Part shown: one piece after another, positions 39,790 to 49,821 of the stretch
How the letters are laid out: each line of letters opens with the position of its first letter
Position numbering within the stretch: position 1 is the stretch's first letter
Source of the DNA: an uncultured Erysipelotrichaceae bacterium
Lineage (GTDB): Bacteria; Bacillota_I; Bacilli_A; RFN20; CAG-826
Direction: 5' to 3'
NCBI GenBank assembly: GCA_902800025.1
Contig: CADCDA010000003.1
Coordinates: 102,372 to 166,371 of the forward strand
DNA: 64,000 nucleotides
Made by a program: the position numbers and the translations under genes
Notes under the pieces: model-generated
Told to the model about the DNA's origin: nothing
Seen by the model: only the letters and a program-made list of their open reading frames with translations
The model's database searches: none

Positions 39790-41061
39790 TTATTTAATTT
39801 TGTTCAATTCTTCTGTTAAGAGTTGAACTTTTTTGTATATGTCTTTGATATCTTCACCGACATAGAATTTACCATCTCGATAAAGGATTTTTCCGTTGAT
39901 CATCGTCAATTTAACACAATCTTTTTCGCCACTATAAACAAGGTTATTTATGATGTTGTTGATTGGTTGCATACTTGGACGATATAAATCAATCATAATT
40001 AAGTCTGCTAATTTGCCAACCTCTAATGTATCGGCGTCTTTAAGCCCCATCGCATAGGCTCCATTAATTGTTGCCATCTTTAAGACTTCATAGGCTGGAA
40101 TTGATACCGGATTATTGTGTTTTAATTTTTGTAATCCTGTAGCAAGATACATTTCTCTAAACATATCTAAAGCATTGTTACTTGCTGGTCCATCTGTACC
40201 TAACGCTACTCTTACTCCTTTATTAAGGAGTTTGGTCACATCAGCGATTCCACTAGCGAGTTTCATATTGCTACTTGGATTAGAAACAACTGTGATGTCG
40301 TGTTTCTTAATAATTTCAATATCATTATCAGAAAGATACACACCATGGAAAATTGCTCCACCATTATCAAACATATGGAGAGAATCAAAAAATTCCATCG
40401 GAGACATTTTTCTTCTCTCGTAACATTCATCAACTTCTTTTTGAGTTTCACTCAAGTGAACATAATATGGTGATTTTGTTGTCTCTAATAATTTTATAGT
40501 TGTTTCAAACATTTCATCTGTTGGAGTGTATTCAGAATGAAGTCCGATAACAAAAGTCGCTAAAGATGATGGTTTATTGTTATCTCTAATTAATCGAAGT
40601 ATTTCTTCAACCGGTCTTGCTTTAGGATCATACATCGCTAAAGAAACGCTTCTAAAACCAAATTCATTACATGTATCAGCGAATTCTTGTGGGTAGAAAT
40701 ATTGATCTAAAACAGCGGTTACTCCACTAGAAAGATATTCTAAGATAGCTACTTTTGTTAATTCTTTAATGCAGCCTTCATGAAGATTGGCTTCTCTAGG
40801 AAAGATTTCATTAAATAACCAATCTTGTAAAGACGAATCATCTGCTTTACTACGTAAGAAAGTCATCGCACTATGCGTATGAGCGTTTTTAAAGCCAGGC
40901 ATTAATAGGTTTCCTTCGCAATCAATAACTTGATCAAACATTCCGCTTGGTAATTGTTTACCGACATAACTGATTCGATTATCGGTAACTACTAGATGGC
41001 CATCAAAGATATTTGAATCCGCCATCGTGAGAATTCTTGCGTTTTTAAATAAAATCTTCAT
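39790..41061 (-). CDS. mtaD: amidohydrolase, probably 5-methylthioadenosine/S-adenosylhomocysteine deaminase (MtaD)
   Basis: MKILFKNARILTM…LMPGFKNAHTHSAMT…HLSETQKEV…LGTDG follow the metal-dependent hydrolase / MtaD pattern. 423 aa. Confidence 0.75.
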   Translation of the reverse strand: MKILFKNARILTMADSNIFDGHLVVTDNRISYVGKQLPSGMFDQVIDCEGNLLMPGFKNAHTHSAMTFLRSKADDSSLQDWLFNEIFPREANLHEGCIKELTKVAILEYLSSGVTAVLDQYFYPQEFADTCNEFGFRSVSLAMYDPKARPVEEILRLIRDNNKPSSLATFVIGLHSEYTPTDEMFETTIKLLETTKSPYYVHLSETQKEVDECYERRKMSPMEFFDSLHMFDNGGAIFHGVYLSDNDIEIIKKHDITVVSNPSSNMKLASGIADVTKLLNKGVRVALGTDGPASNNALDMFREMYLATGLQKLKHNNPVSIPAYEVLKMATINGAYAMGLKDADTLEVGKLADLIMIDLYRPSMQPINNIINNLVYSGEKDCVKLTMINGKILYRDGKFYVGEDIKDIYKKVQLLTEELNKIK

Positions 41062-41170
41062 CTTTTCGTACCTAACTTATCATATCATATACAAAAAATA
41101 TAATTTTATAAATAAAGTTATGTAATAATTTTTTCAGTTATGGTATATTAAACAACGTTCACGAAAAACT

Positions 41171-41261
41171 GGAGTAGTACCCAAGTTGGTGAAGGGGCTT
41201 CCCTGCTAAGGAAGTAGATCGGGTAACTGGTGCGAGAGTTCGAGTCTCTCCTACTCCGCCA
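41171..41261 (+). tRNA. tRNA-Ser (anticodon GCU), long variable arm, CCA encoded
   Basis: Acceptor GGAGTAG/CTACTCC, anticodon loop CTGCTAA, variable arm of about 20 nt, T-loop GAGTTCGAGTCTC. Confidence 0.9.
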
Positions 41262-41357
41262 TTAAGAAAGAAATGAGATGAATTGATTCGTCTCTTTTTT
41301 TGTTCACTTATATCTTTAATGATATATAATAGATGAAGTCAAAAAGAGGTATTTAAA

Positions 41358-41759
41358 ATGAAAAAAGCTTCAGATATCTGTTTAATTATCGGTGGAGTCT
41401 TAGCGATTCTTAACGCTATCGGATTCCTAGTTGCATCCATTATTATGTTTGTTTTTGCTTCTCCAGCATTCAAACAAATGGTTATTGAAGGACTACAAAA
41501 CGGATCAATCAAGTCATCTCTTCCTGGAACTCCAGAAGAAGTCGCTACAGCACTTCAAGTCGTCTTCTTAGGATTAGGATGTGGGTTCTTACCATTCTTC
41601 TTATTTGCAGTCTTAAGCGCAGTGTTCTCATTCATAGCACCAAAAAAAGGAACAAATGTCTTCTATGTTCTTAACATCGTATTTGGAGTTATCGGCGCTT
41701 CAATTGTCAATACAGTTGGTGGAGTTATTGGACTTTTAGTTCCGGAAGGCGAAAGATAA
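41358..41759 (+). CDS. small hypothetical membrane protein (3 TM helices)
   Basis: RBS AAAAGAGGT. The hydrophobic ORF is followed by a terminator AAGAGGCtacGCCTCTTTTTTT (41762-41788). Confidence 0.5.
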   Translation: MKKASDICLIIGGVLAILNAIGFLVASIIMFVFASPAFKQMVIEGLQNGSIKSSLPGTPEEVATALQVVFLGLGCGFLPFFLFAVLSAVFSFIAPKKGTNVFYVLNIVFGVIGASIVNTVGGVIGLLVPEGER

Positions 41760-41796
41760 TTTAAAAAGAGGCTACGCCTCTTTTTTTGTACTCAAT

Positions 41797-43044
41797 TTAA
41801 CTTGATTTCTTTCGTTTAGCTTCATACATTGCTTTATCAGACATTGCCATGCATCGATCAATTGAATCAGTTTTATCATTCATCGTATATAGACCAACAG
41901 AAACACTTAAATCAAAATCGTCTGTGTAAAATCTAGAAACACCTTTGTTGAGCAATTCGAGATAAACTCGAGCATCTTTGTTTTTCATTTTTGGAAGAAC
42001 AGCGAGGAATTCATCTCCTCCCATTCTAAAGATCACACTTTCATCTGGAAGAACTTCTTTTAAAAGCGTATACGCCATTGTGATATATTTATCACCTGCT
42101 TGATGTCCAAACTGATCATTAATCATTTTAAGTCCATCGCAGTCAGCAGAAATAATGCTGAGCGGGAAAACGTCTTCAGCGAGATGATATTTAATAAATT
42201 CTTCTAAATAAACACGATTATATGCTTCAGTTAAAGGATCTGTGATTGAAGATTTACGTAATTCTCGACGCATCGTTTCTTCTTTAGTAACATCACTAAC
42301 AATTGCAATAATTCCCATTACTTCGCCAGTTTTTTCATTTCTAATTGGCTCTTTAACGATTTGCATGTATTCTTTCTCGTCATTACCAAGATTGTTAATT
42401 TTATTCTCTTGAATAACATATGATTTTCCAATTCCTGTATTAATGACTTCCATATCATTGTCATACGCTTTTTGAGCATTTTGTTTATTCAAGCGAACTT
42501 CTAAATCAGTTTTTCCTCTAATAGTCCAAGTTGGATCATCTTTATTAGCGAGGTGATGCCAATATTGAGAGCAGAAAATATATCTTCCTTTATTATCCTT
42601 TAAATAAATTAAAGATGGTAGCTGTTTAAGCATCTTGGAGAACTCTTGGAAGTTTGTCGAATTAGAAAACAGAATGCAGCTTTTAATTCTTTGAATGACA
42701 ACCTTTTTGGATTCGCCTTTTTTAATAATCGCCACTACTTTATCGCTAATATATTCATCATCTTTGTTTTCATTTTCTTTATCACTCAAAATAATGATTG
42801 GAATACCAAACATAAATGAATTAAGATCAGCAACACAGTTGATAAGCCTTTTAGTGCATTTATCTTTAGAAGATGGATTATCAATAATTAATCCAACATA
42901 CTCTTCGAAATTATTTGTTAGCTTTTCAATTGCCTTATCGCAATCATTTATAATAAGTACGTCATAAGCGTCTTTTAAAATATCGAGAATATACTCAACT
43001 CGATCATTTCCGCTACTAGTAAAGAGCATTATATTTTTAGTCAT
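41797..43044 (-). CDS. diguanylate cyclase: N-terminal REC-like (possibly pseudo-receiver), PAS, then GGDEF
   Basis: A REC-like N-terminus with GLIIDNP. A PAS-like middle region. Then the GGDEF domain: ITDPLTEAYNRVYLEE…SADCDGLKMINDQFGHQAGD…RMGGDEFLAV, with an intact GGDEF. Confidence 0.8.
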   Translation of the reverse strand: MTKNIMLFTSSGNDRVEYILDILKDAYDVLIINDCDKAIEKLTNNFEEYVGLIIDNPSSKDKCTKRLINCVADLNSFMFGIPIIILSDKENENKDDEYISDKVVAIIKKGESKKVVIQRIKSCILFSNSTNFQEFSKMLKQLPSLIYLKDNKGRYIFCSQYWHHLANKDDPTWTIRGKTDLEVRLNKQNAQKAYDNDMEVINTGIGKSYVIQENKINNLGNDEKEYMQIVKEPIRNEKTGEVMGIIAIVSDVTKEETMRRELRKSSITDPLTEAYNRVYLEEFIKYHLAEDVFPLSIISADCDGLKMINDQFGHQAGDKYITMAYTLLKEVLPDESVIFRMGGDEFLAVLPKMKNKDARVYLELLNKGVSRFYTDDFDLSVSVGLYTMNDKTDSIDRCMAMSDKAMYEAKRKKSS

Positions 43045-43150
43045 AATCTCAAATTTATTTTATCATTTTTGTCTTTTAAAGACAGCAATACTTCATTTTT
43101 TTCTTTTTTTGTTCAAAAAGATAAAAAGATAATATTAGAATATTATTACG

Positions 43151-44638
43151 ATGGATGAGAAAAGGCAGTATATCGCGATTGATTTAAAGAGTTTTTACGC
43201 GTCTAGTGAATGTATGGAAAGAGGACTAGATCCTTTAGTAACGAATCTCGTTGTCGCTGATACATCTAGAACCGAAAAAACAATTTGTCTAGCTGTTTCC
43301 CCTTCTTTAAAACAATATGGAATTCCTGGTAGAGCAAGACTTTTTGAAGTTATCCAAGCAGTAAAAAGAATCAATAAAGAAAGGCTTAAAAACGCCCCTA
43401 ATCATCAATTCACTGGAAAATCTTTTAATGACATAGAATTAAAAAAGAATCCTTCTCTTGAATTAGACTTTATCGCCGCCACTCCTCAGATGTCTCACTA
43501 TATCAAAAAAAGCACAGATATCTATAAGATATATTTGAGATTTATCGACGCTGAAGACATTCATATTTATTCAATTGATGAAATGTTCGCGGATGTAACA
43601 AAATACCTCAAAACTTACAAAAAAACTGCCGAAGAAATTGCAACGATGATGATTAATGCTGTCTATAAAGAAACAGGAATCACCGCTACTGCTGGAATTG
43701 GAGATAATCTTTATCTTGCAAAAGTTGCAATGGACATCATCGCTAAACATGTCAAAGAAAATAAAGACGGCGTTAGAATTGGTAAACTCGACGAGATTTC
43801 TTATCGAAAACTTCTTTGGGATCACACTCCTTTAACTGATTTTTGGAGAGTTGGTAGAGGACTAACTGCTAGATTATTTAAACACGGGTTATTAACGATG
43901 GGAGATATCGCCCGTCAATCTTTGATTGATGAAGATGTTTTATATCAAGAATTTGGAGTAAACGCAGAGCTATTAATTGATCATGCTTGGGGGTATGAGC
44001 CAGTCACAATTGCTGATATCAAAAGCTATAAGCCAAAAAATAACAGCCTTTCCGTTGGTCAAGTACTACCTGCTCCTTATGATTATGAGAAAGCAAAAAT
44101 CGTCATTAAAGAAATGGCGGACTCTCTTTCATTAGACCTAACAAGCAAAGGTTTAGTGACTGACCAAATCATTTTATCCTTTGGGTACGATATTGGAGAT
44201 GTTAACGATTCACTTAATGAAAGTGAAATAGGAACTGATTGGTACGGAAGGAAAGTTCCTTCAATGGAACACGGTTCATATAACCTTACCCATTTCACAA
44301 GCTCCACTAGAGAAATAGTTAAAGCAGCGGTTAATCTTTACGACCGTTTAGTGAAAAAGAAATTTCATGTAAGAAGAATATATATTGGTTGCCCTGTGAT
44401 TAAGGAAAATGATATTGATAAATACGCTCCAAAATACGAGCAACTATCTTTATTTTATTCTCAAGAAGAAACCAGTACTAACACTAGTGTTGAAGAATTA
44501 GAAGAAAAAGAACTGCAAAAAACTCTTATCAAAATAAAAAAGAAATATGGCAAGAATTCTGTTTTAAAAGCGATGGACTTTGAAGAAGGAGGGACCACCA
44601 GAGAAAGAAACGAACAAATCGGTGGTCACAAAGCATGA
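43151..44638 (+). CDS. Y-family translesion DNA polymerase (UvrX/YqjW/UmuC-like)
   Basis: N-terminal YIAIDLKSFYASSECME matches the Y-family signature (D-x-SFYASVE). 495 aa. Confidence 0.8.
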   Translation: MDEKRQYIAIDLKSFYASSECMERGLDPLVTNLVVADTSRTEKTICLAVSPSLKQYGIPGRARLFEVIQAVKRINKERLKNAPNHQFTGKSFNDIELKKNPSLELDFIAATPQMSHYIKKSTDIYKIYLRFIDAEDIHIYSIDEMFADVTKYLKTYKKTAEEIATMMINAVYKETGITATAGIGDNLYLAKVAMDIIAKHVKENKDGVRIGKLDEISYRKLLWDHTPLTDFWRVGRGLTARLFKHGLLTMGDIARQSLIDEDVLYQEFGVNAELLIDHAWGYEPVTIADIKSYKPKNNSLSVGQVLPAPYDYEKAKIVIKEMADSLSLDLTSKGLVTDQIILSFGYDIGDVNDSLNESEIGTDWYGRKVPSMEHGSYNLTHFTSSTREIVKAAVNLYDRLVKKKFHVRRIYIGCPVIKENDIDKYAPKYEQLSLFYSQEETSTNTSVEELEEKELQKTLIKIKKKYGKNSVLKAMDFEEGGTTRERNEQIGGHKA

Positions 44639-45048
44639 CAGGGAAGTACGATGACATCATCAATCTAAGTAGACCAATTTCGAAAAACCATAAGCAAATG
44701 TCGGTCTATGAAAGAAGCGCTCAGTTCGCTCCTTTTGCTGCGCTCACCGGATATGATGAATCGATAAATGAAGCAGGAAGAAAAGTTGATTTAAGAGTCG
44801 AACTAGGATACGACAAAATTGAAGAAATAAGCCGTTCCCTATCGATTATCGACCAAAATATCGCTTCTCATCCAGCTATCAAAATTACTTATTTCAAAAA
44901 AGACAAACTCAAAGATGGAGGAGAATATATAACCATATCAGAAAGAGCGAAAAAAATTGATTCTCAAAGAAAATCAATCATCCTTTTTGTTGGAAACTCC
45001 ATTTCATTTGAAGATATCGTTGATATCAATATCTTGCTAAATAATTGA
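44635..45048 (+). CDS. YolD-like protein (accessory partner of Y-family polymerases in Firmicutes), tentative
   Basis: 137 aa. The start overlaps the polymerase stop by 4 nt (ATGA), the same arrangement as B. subtilis yqjW-yqjX. Confidence 0.45.
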   Translation: MTGKYDDIINLSRPISKNHKQMSVYERSAQFAPFAALTGYDESINEAGRKVDLRVELGYDKIEEISRSLSIIDQNIASHPAIKITYFKKDKLKDGGEYITISERAKKIDSQRKSIILFVGNSISFEDIVDINILLNN

Positions 45049-45079
45049 TTTATTTGACCAAGTTGGTAAAATAAAAGCA

Positions 45080-45754
45080 ATGGATGAAGAAAGAATCAAT
45101 TACGAAGAATTAAATAATAAGCCTGTTAAAGTTGCGGGTGGTCCTTTTTATCGTTTCGTAAAAAGGAGCTTTGATATTTTTGCTTCTTTTATGTTCTTAT
45201 TGCTTTTTGGATGGTTCATTTTAATACTCATTTTGATTAAGTGGCTTGAAGACTTCCATCGTCCAATTTACGTTTCTAAACGCGTTGGAAAAGGTGGCAA
45301 AGAAATCAAATTCCATAAGATTCGTTCTATGAAACCTAATGCAGACAAAATGAAAGACGATTTAATCAACGATGGACTTAACGAAGCTGATGGACCGGTA
45401 TTTAAAATGAAAGACGATCCACGTATCACTAAATTCGGAAAATTCTTAAGAAAGACATCCTTAGACGAACTACCTCAAGTATGGGATATCTTCTGTGGAA
45501 GAATGAGTATTGTTGGACCGCGTCCACCACTACCTGAAGAAGTCGCTAAATACACCCCAAGACAAATGCATAGACTAGATGTTCGTGGAGGTTTAATTTG
45601 TACATGGCAAATCACCAAAAATAGACATAGTATCTCTTTTGATGAATGGACTGAACTAGATATCGCATATATTGAACATCGTTCAATTGGACTTGATTTA
45701 AAAATTATCTTTAAAGGCATTTGGTTTGTCCTTACCGACCGTACAGGAGAATAA
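45080..45754 (+). CDS. polyprenyl-phosphate glycosyl-1-phosphate transferase (WbaP/CpsE-type bacterial sugar transferase)
   Basis: One TM helix, then KRVGKGGKEIKFHKIRSM…GPVFKMKDDPRITKFGKFLRKTSLDELPQ…MSIVGPRP. 224 aa. Confidence 0.85.
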   Translation: MDEERINYEELNNKPVKVAGGPFYRFVKRSFDIFASFMFLLLFGWFILILILIKWLEDFHRPIYVSKRVGKGGKEIKFHKIRSMKPNADKMKDDLINDGLNEADGPVFKMKDDPRITKFGKFLRKTSLDELPQVWDIFCGRMSIVGPRPPLPEEVAKYTPRQMHRLDVRGGLICTWQITKNRHSISFDEWTELDIAYIEHRSIGLDLKIIFKGIWFVLTDRTGE

Positions 45755-46401
45755 TGTTTAAGAAACTCAACATTATTAGTAACATTCTGATTGTTGCACT
45801 TGTTATTGGTGCAATAGTCTGGATGTTTTTTTCTGTCAACAATGTTGAAAATAAGCTTATCGCATCAGGTATAGAAGCATTTAAATTTTTCACCGTTGAC
45901 TCTAATGCTTTAATGGGTATTGCTTCTTTATTATCCTTAATATTTATATTAAATAAAAAGGAGTCTTTATTTATATCTGTATTTAAATATGTCGCTACAG
46001 CGTCAGTAACTTTAACTTTTCTTACAGTAATGTTTTATTTAGGCCCGGTTTTTGGAATGTTAAGCATGCTAGAAGGTCCTAACTCATTAATGCATTTAGT
46101 GATTCCAGTAATCGCGATTGCTCACCTATTCTTTTTAGAACCAAAAGCACAAGAATATAAAAAGAGATATATTTTCTATTCTGCTATCCCGATGGTGGCA
46201 TATGGAATCATTTATTTAAGTAATTTAGCCGCTAATAATGGATATGGTAACGTGAAATACGACTGGTATTTCTTTGGTGCCTTTGGAATTGGAATTGGTT
46301 TCTTGATGTATTTAGGAATGATAGGTTTTTCTCTTTTAATTGGGTTAGGCCTCTATTACGGATGGAAAAAGATTAATATAAATAAAAGAGCTTCTGAGTA
46401 A
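45754..46401 (+). CDS. hypothetical polytopic membrane protein
   Basis: The ATG at 45754 overlaps the upstream stop (TAATG), with RBS CAGGAGAA. Six hydrophobic segments. Terminator GCTTCTgagtaAGAAGC at 46388-46416. Confidence 0.5.
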   Translation: MFKKLNIISNILIVALVIGAIVWMFFSVNNVENKLIASGIEAFKFFTVDSNALMGIASLLSLIFILNKKESLFISVFKYVATASVTLTFLTVMFYLGPVFGMLSMLEGPNSLMHLVIPVIAIAHLFFLEPKAQEYKKRYIFYSAIPMVAYGIIYLSNLAANNGYGNVKYDWYFFGAFGIGIGFLMYLGMIGFSLLIGLGLYYGWKKININKRASE

Positions 46402-46424
46402 GAAGCCCTTTTTTATTAATAATA

Positions 46425-47867
46425 TTAATAAGCTTTTGCGAACAAGACAACTTTGGTTGCTTTTTTACCACACACTGGGCAAGTATCACTACCTTCAATA
46501 CCCATTTGATTAAATGGTAAGCATCTTGCAGTAGCGTTAGTGAGTTCTTTAATCTTGTCTTCACATTCTCTACATCCGCACCACATCATCTTCGCATATC
46601 CGCCTTTTTCTAAAGCAGCATCAAGTTCTTTTAAGTCTTTAACTTCAGTAACGTGATCAGCGAGATATCGACACGCTTTTTCATACATTTCTTGATGAAT
46701 TGTTTTAAGTAACTCACCAGCTTTTTCCACCATTTCATCCATTGAGCAGAAAATCTTTTGTCCATCATTACGTTTAGCGAAGACAATTTGTCCTTTTTCA
46801 ATATCTCTTGGACCAAGTTCCACTCTTAGTGGAATACCTTTCATTTCGTATTCAGAGAACTTCCATCCAGCGGTCTTATCACTATCATCGATTTTGACTC
46901 TGAATCCAGCAGCTTTAAACTTCTCTGCAACTTCTCTAGCAGCAGGAATAACTCCTGGTTTATTAGCGGCAACTGGAATAACAACGATTTGAATTGGTGC
47001 AACATATGGAGGTAATACTAGTCCGTTATCATCACCATGTACCATAATAGTCGCGCCGATTAAACGGGTAGAAACACCCCAAGATGTTTGGAAAGGATTT
47101 TGAAGTTTTCCTTCTCTATTTTGGAACTGAATTCCAAAGGCTCTAGCAAATCCATCACCAAAATAGTGAGTTGTGCCACATTGTAAAGCTTTTCCATCTG
47201 GCATTAACGCTTCAATTGAATAAGTTTCTAATGCACCAGAGAATTTTTCTTTATCAGTCTTTCTTCCTTTGGAGAAAGGAATCGCTAAGATGTCTCTACC
47301 TAAATCATCATAGACTTCAAGCATCTTTAATGTTTCGGTACGAGCTTCTTCTTCATTTTCGTGCATCGTATGTCCTTCTTGCCATAAGAACTCTGCTCCT
47401 CTTAAAAATGGACGAGTCGTCTTTTCCCATCTAACAACAGAACACCATTGGTTATAAAGTTTTGGTAAATCACGATATGATTTAATAATCTTTTGATAAT
47501 GATCGCAGAAAAGCACTTCACTAGTTGGTCTAACAATTAAGTGATCTTCTAAATCTTCACTTCCACCTTTGGTGGCAATTAAGCATTCTGGTGCAAAGCC
47601 TTCAACGTGTTCTTTTTCTCTTTGGAATAAAGAGGCTGGAATGACCATTGGCATATAGACATTTTCGTGTCCGCTTTCTTTAAATCTTTTGTCGAGATAG
47701 TTTTGAATTTGTTCCCAAATTGCATATCCGTATGGACGATAAATAATAAAGCCCTTAACAGATGAATAATCCATTAACTCTGCTTTCTTACATACGTCAG
47801 TGTACCACTGGGCAAAATCGTCTTCTTGTCTAGTGATTGAGTTGTTTTTAATTTGATTGTTTTCCAT
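46425..47867 (-). CDS. proS: prolyl-tRNA synthetase, archaeal/eukaryal-type (no editing insertion, C-terminal zinc-binding domain)
   Basis: 480 aa with class II motifs and the characteristic C-terminal cysteines (…CGCRECED…CPVCGKK). No INS domain. Confidence 0.9.
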   Translation of the reverse strand: MENNQIKNNSITRQEDDFAQWYTDVCKKAELMDYSSVKGFIIYRPYGYAIWEQIQNYLDKRFKESGHENVYMPMVIPASLFQREKEHVEGFAPECLIATKGGSEDLEDHLIVRPTSEVLFCDHYQKIIKSYRDLPKLYNQWCSVVRWEKTTRPFLRGAEFLWQEGHTMHENEEEARTETLKMLEVYDDLGRDILAIPFSKGRKTDKEKFSGALETYSIEALMPDGKALQCGTTHYFGDGFARAFGIQFQNREGKLQNPFQTSWGVSTRLIGATIMVHGDDNGLVLPPYVAPIQIVVIPVAANKPGVIPAAREVAEKFKAAGFRVKIDDSDKTAGWKFSEYEMKGIPLRVELGPRDIEKGQIVFAKRNDGQKIFCSMDEMVEKAGELLKTIHQEMYEKACRYLADHVTEVKDLKELDAALEKGGYAKMMWCGCRECEDKIKELTNATARCLPFNQMGIEGSDTCPVCGKKATKVVLFAKAY

Positions 47868-47879
47868 GAAGTTAAACTC

Positions 47880-49643
47880 CTATAAGTATTTGTCCGCCAT
47901 TTGGACAACTTTTTCCATTTTCTTTCTTTCGACTGGTAAGAGCATATCATTGCTTGGAGCAACGATATCACTGGAAATATAGCTAATACCAGATTTGATA
48001 ATTAATTCGACCGCTTGCCATCCTTCTAGATCGGTAGCAATAATTGGTCGATTATATTTAAGAAGTGACTCAATTAAAGCGTATAAAGATAATCTTATAC
48101 GGTTATTGTGCTTGACTTCTTCCATCATCGCACTACCAACAACGAAATAATGGAATAAGAAGTAGATCTTATCATCAAGTAATAAGTTCTTATCTTTTAA
48201 AGATAACGCTAATTCAAAGCCACTATTTTTAAGTGCTGATAATGTGCTGATTAATAACTCGATATTGGTTGAGTTTTCATTGACTTCTTGTTCATCAAAC
48301 ACCAAGACCAAATCAACTTTGTTGTGGTTTGGAATTTGATTGATAATAGAGGCAATGCTATTAATGTCAATCATTGAAACATTTAAGAACAAGGACATAC
48401 TTGTTGATTGACGTTCGTTATTAAATTTAGTAATAACGTTTTTAGCGATTAAGGCAAAAAGCTCAAGGTTCTTGTTGATTCTCGCTGCGTATTTACTCAT
48501 CTCAGAGAAACTAGAGAATGGAGAATCATATGCCTTAACATATTCAAAGTAACCAATTGTTTGACTATTTTTCGCATTAATGATTGGGCGATACAAATAA
48601 CGGAGAACACCATCTTTAAGAAGATGGTCGATTTGTTCGCTATATTTGACCATATCACTATTAGCGGTGACGTTTCTTTGATAGAAGACGATTTCATTGC
48701 CATTAGTTTGTCCAGAAATACAAGCTTCTCTCGCTTTTTCTTCAATCGTGTCATAGTCTTGATAGAATTGTCCGTTTTCAACGACACCGATAGCGAAATT
48801 GATATATCCAGTAAAACCATTAACTTCCATTTGTTTTTTAATTGAACGAGAAATTGAAGTTGCTAATTGAAGAGCGTTTTCTCGATTAGAAATTCTTGAA
48901 TCAAAAATGAATAGTTCTGAATCACCATTATCAAGAATTTGACGTGGAAGTTTAGGGTTATTTGCGTATGGGTAGATGATGTTTTTGAGGTTCATCACCA
49001 TGTATCTTTCAATCTTGTCATTAGAAATTGCTTTTTGACGACTATAGAAAAATCTAATGCAGTACGTATAGCCTGAAAGAGATTTATTATGATTGATAAT
49101 CGATAAGATTTGACTTCTTTTAACGATTCCTGTTGGAGTGTGATTGTCGTTTTTCTTCTTAGGAGCGTTATTAGGAGTGATATATTTTAATATATGGCTT
49201 TCCAAATGGATAAGACCAGACTGAGGATTATAATCGAGTAACCTTAATAATGTGAAGCAAAGTCTTTTAGAATTATTTAATAAAATATCAGCTTCTAAAT
49301 ATTCGCCAGCGGTTTTTGGATTAACGCAAATTTGGAAAATCCAGTTCTTCACTCTTTCGGAATCGTTTTGATGGAAAGAAGTATAAAAGGAAAATAAGTC
49401 GTAAGTAATCTTATTCCCCATATCGCTTTTATTAAGCTGAACAATCTTGTTCTTCTTAACGTCGATAATATAGATTCTCGTTGTTGTGCTTTCGTAATCG
49501 ACTTGTTCATGGAACTTATAGTCGTTTCTAACGGAGATCACGAAAAAGATAATAAGAACAACAATTAATAACGACAAAGCGAGTATTAATGAGAAGAAGA
49601 TGATAAAGTTGACATCCGAAAAATCGCCTATTTTCATAATCAA
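47880..49643 (-). CDS. membrane-anchored protein with degenerate GGDEF-like and EAL-like domains (candidate c-di-GMP receptor or phosphodiesterase)
   Basis: N-terminal TM helix. A GGDEF-like region (NGDSELFIF). EAL-like elements YLYRPIIN…GYFEYVKAY (EAL becomes EYV) and IIATDLEGWQAVELI. 587 aa. Confidence 0.55.
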   Translation of the reverse strand: MIMKIGDFSDVNFIIFFSLILALSLLIVVLIIFFVISVRNDYKFHEQVDYESTTTRIYIIDVKKNKIVQLNKSDMGNKITYDLFSFYTSFHQNDSERVKNWIFQICVNPKTAGEYLEADILLNNSKRLCFTLLRLLDYNPQSGLIHLESHILKYITPNNAPKKKNDNHTPTGIVKRSQILSIINHNKSLSGYTYCIRFFYSRQKAISNDKIERYMVMNLKNIIYPYANNPKLPRQILDNGDSELFIFDSRISNRENALQLATSISRSIKKQMEVNGFTGYINFAIGVVENGQFYQDYDTIEEKAREACISGQTNGNEIVFYQRNVTANSDMVKYSEQIDHLLKDGVLRYLYRPIINAKNSQTIGYFEYVKAYDSPFSSFSEMSKYAARINKNLELFALIAKNVITKFNNERQSTSMSLFLNVSMIDINSIASIINQIPNHNKVDLVLVFDEQEVNENSTNIELLISTLSALKNSGFELALSLKDKNLLLDDKIYFLFHYFVVGSAMMEEVKHNNRIRLSLYALIESLLKYNRPIIATDLEGWQAVELIIKSGISYISSDIVAPSNDMLLPVERKKMEKVVQMADKYL

Positions 49644-49730
49644 AATTATAGAGTAATTTTATGAATTAATGCAATTCATAATTCAAACATATAGAAATTT
49701 TATTCTATATTGCATATAATTATTCGAGTT

Positions 49731-49821
49731 GGAGAAGTACCCAAGTGGCTGAAGGGGGCGGTTTCGAAAACCGCTAGAAGATGCAAGTCTTGCAGGGGTT
49801 CAAATCCCTTCTTCTCCGCCA
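49731..49821 (+). tRNA. tRNA-Ser (anticodon CGA), long variable arm, CCA encoded
   Basis: Acceptor GGAGAAG/CTTCTCC, anticodon loop TTCGAAA, T-loop GGGTTCAAATCCC. Confidence 0.9.

Noticed and set aside
43045-43150. LexA/SOS box upstream of the Y-family polymerase
   Set aside because: No GAAC-N4-GTTC-type palindrome is present. Only a lone GTTC is seen.
46373-46816. Small minus-strand ORFs 46373-46564 and 46631-46816
   Set aside because: They lie out of frame inside proS, or overlap the terminator of the upstream gene. Their composition is consistent with chance ORFs.
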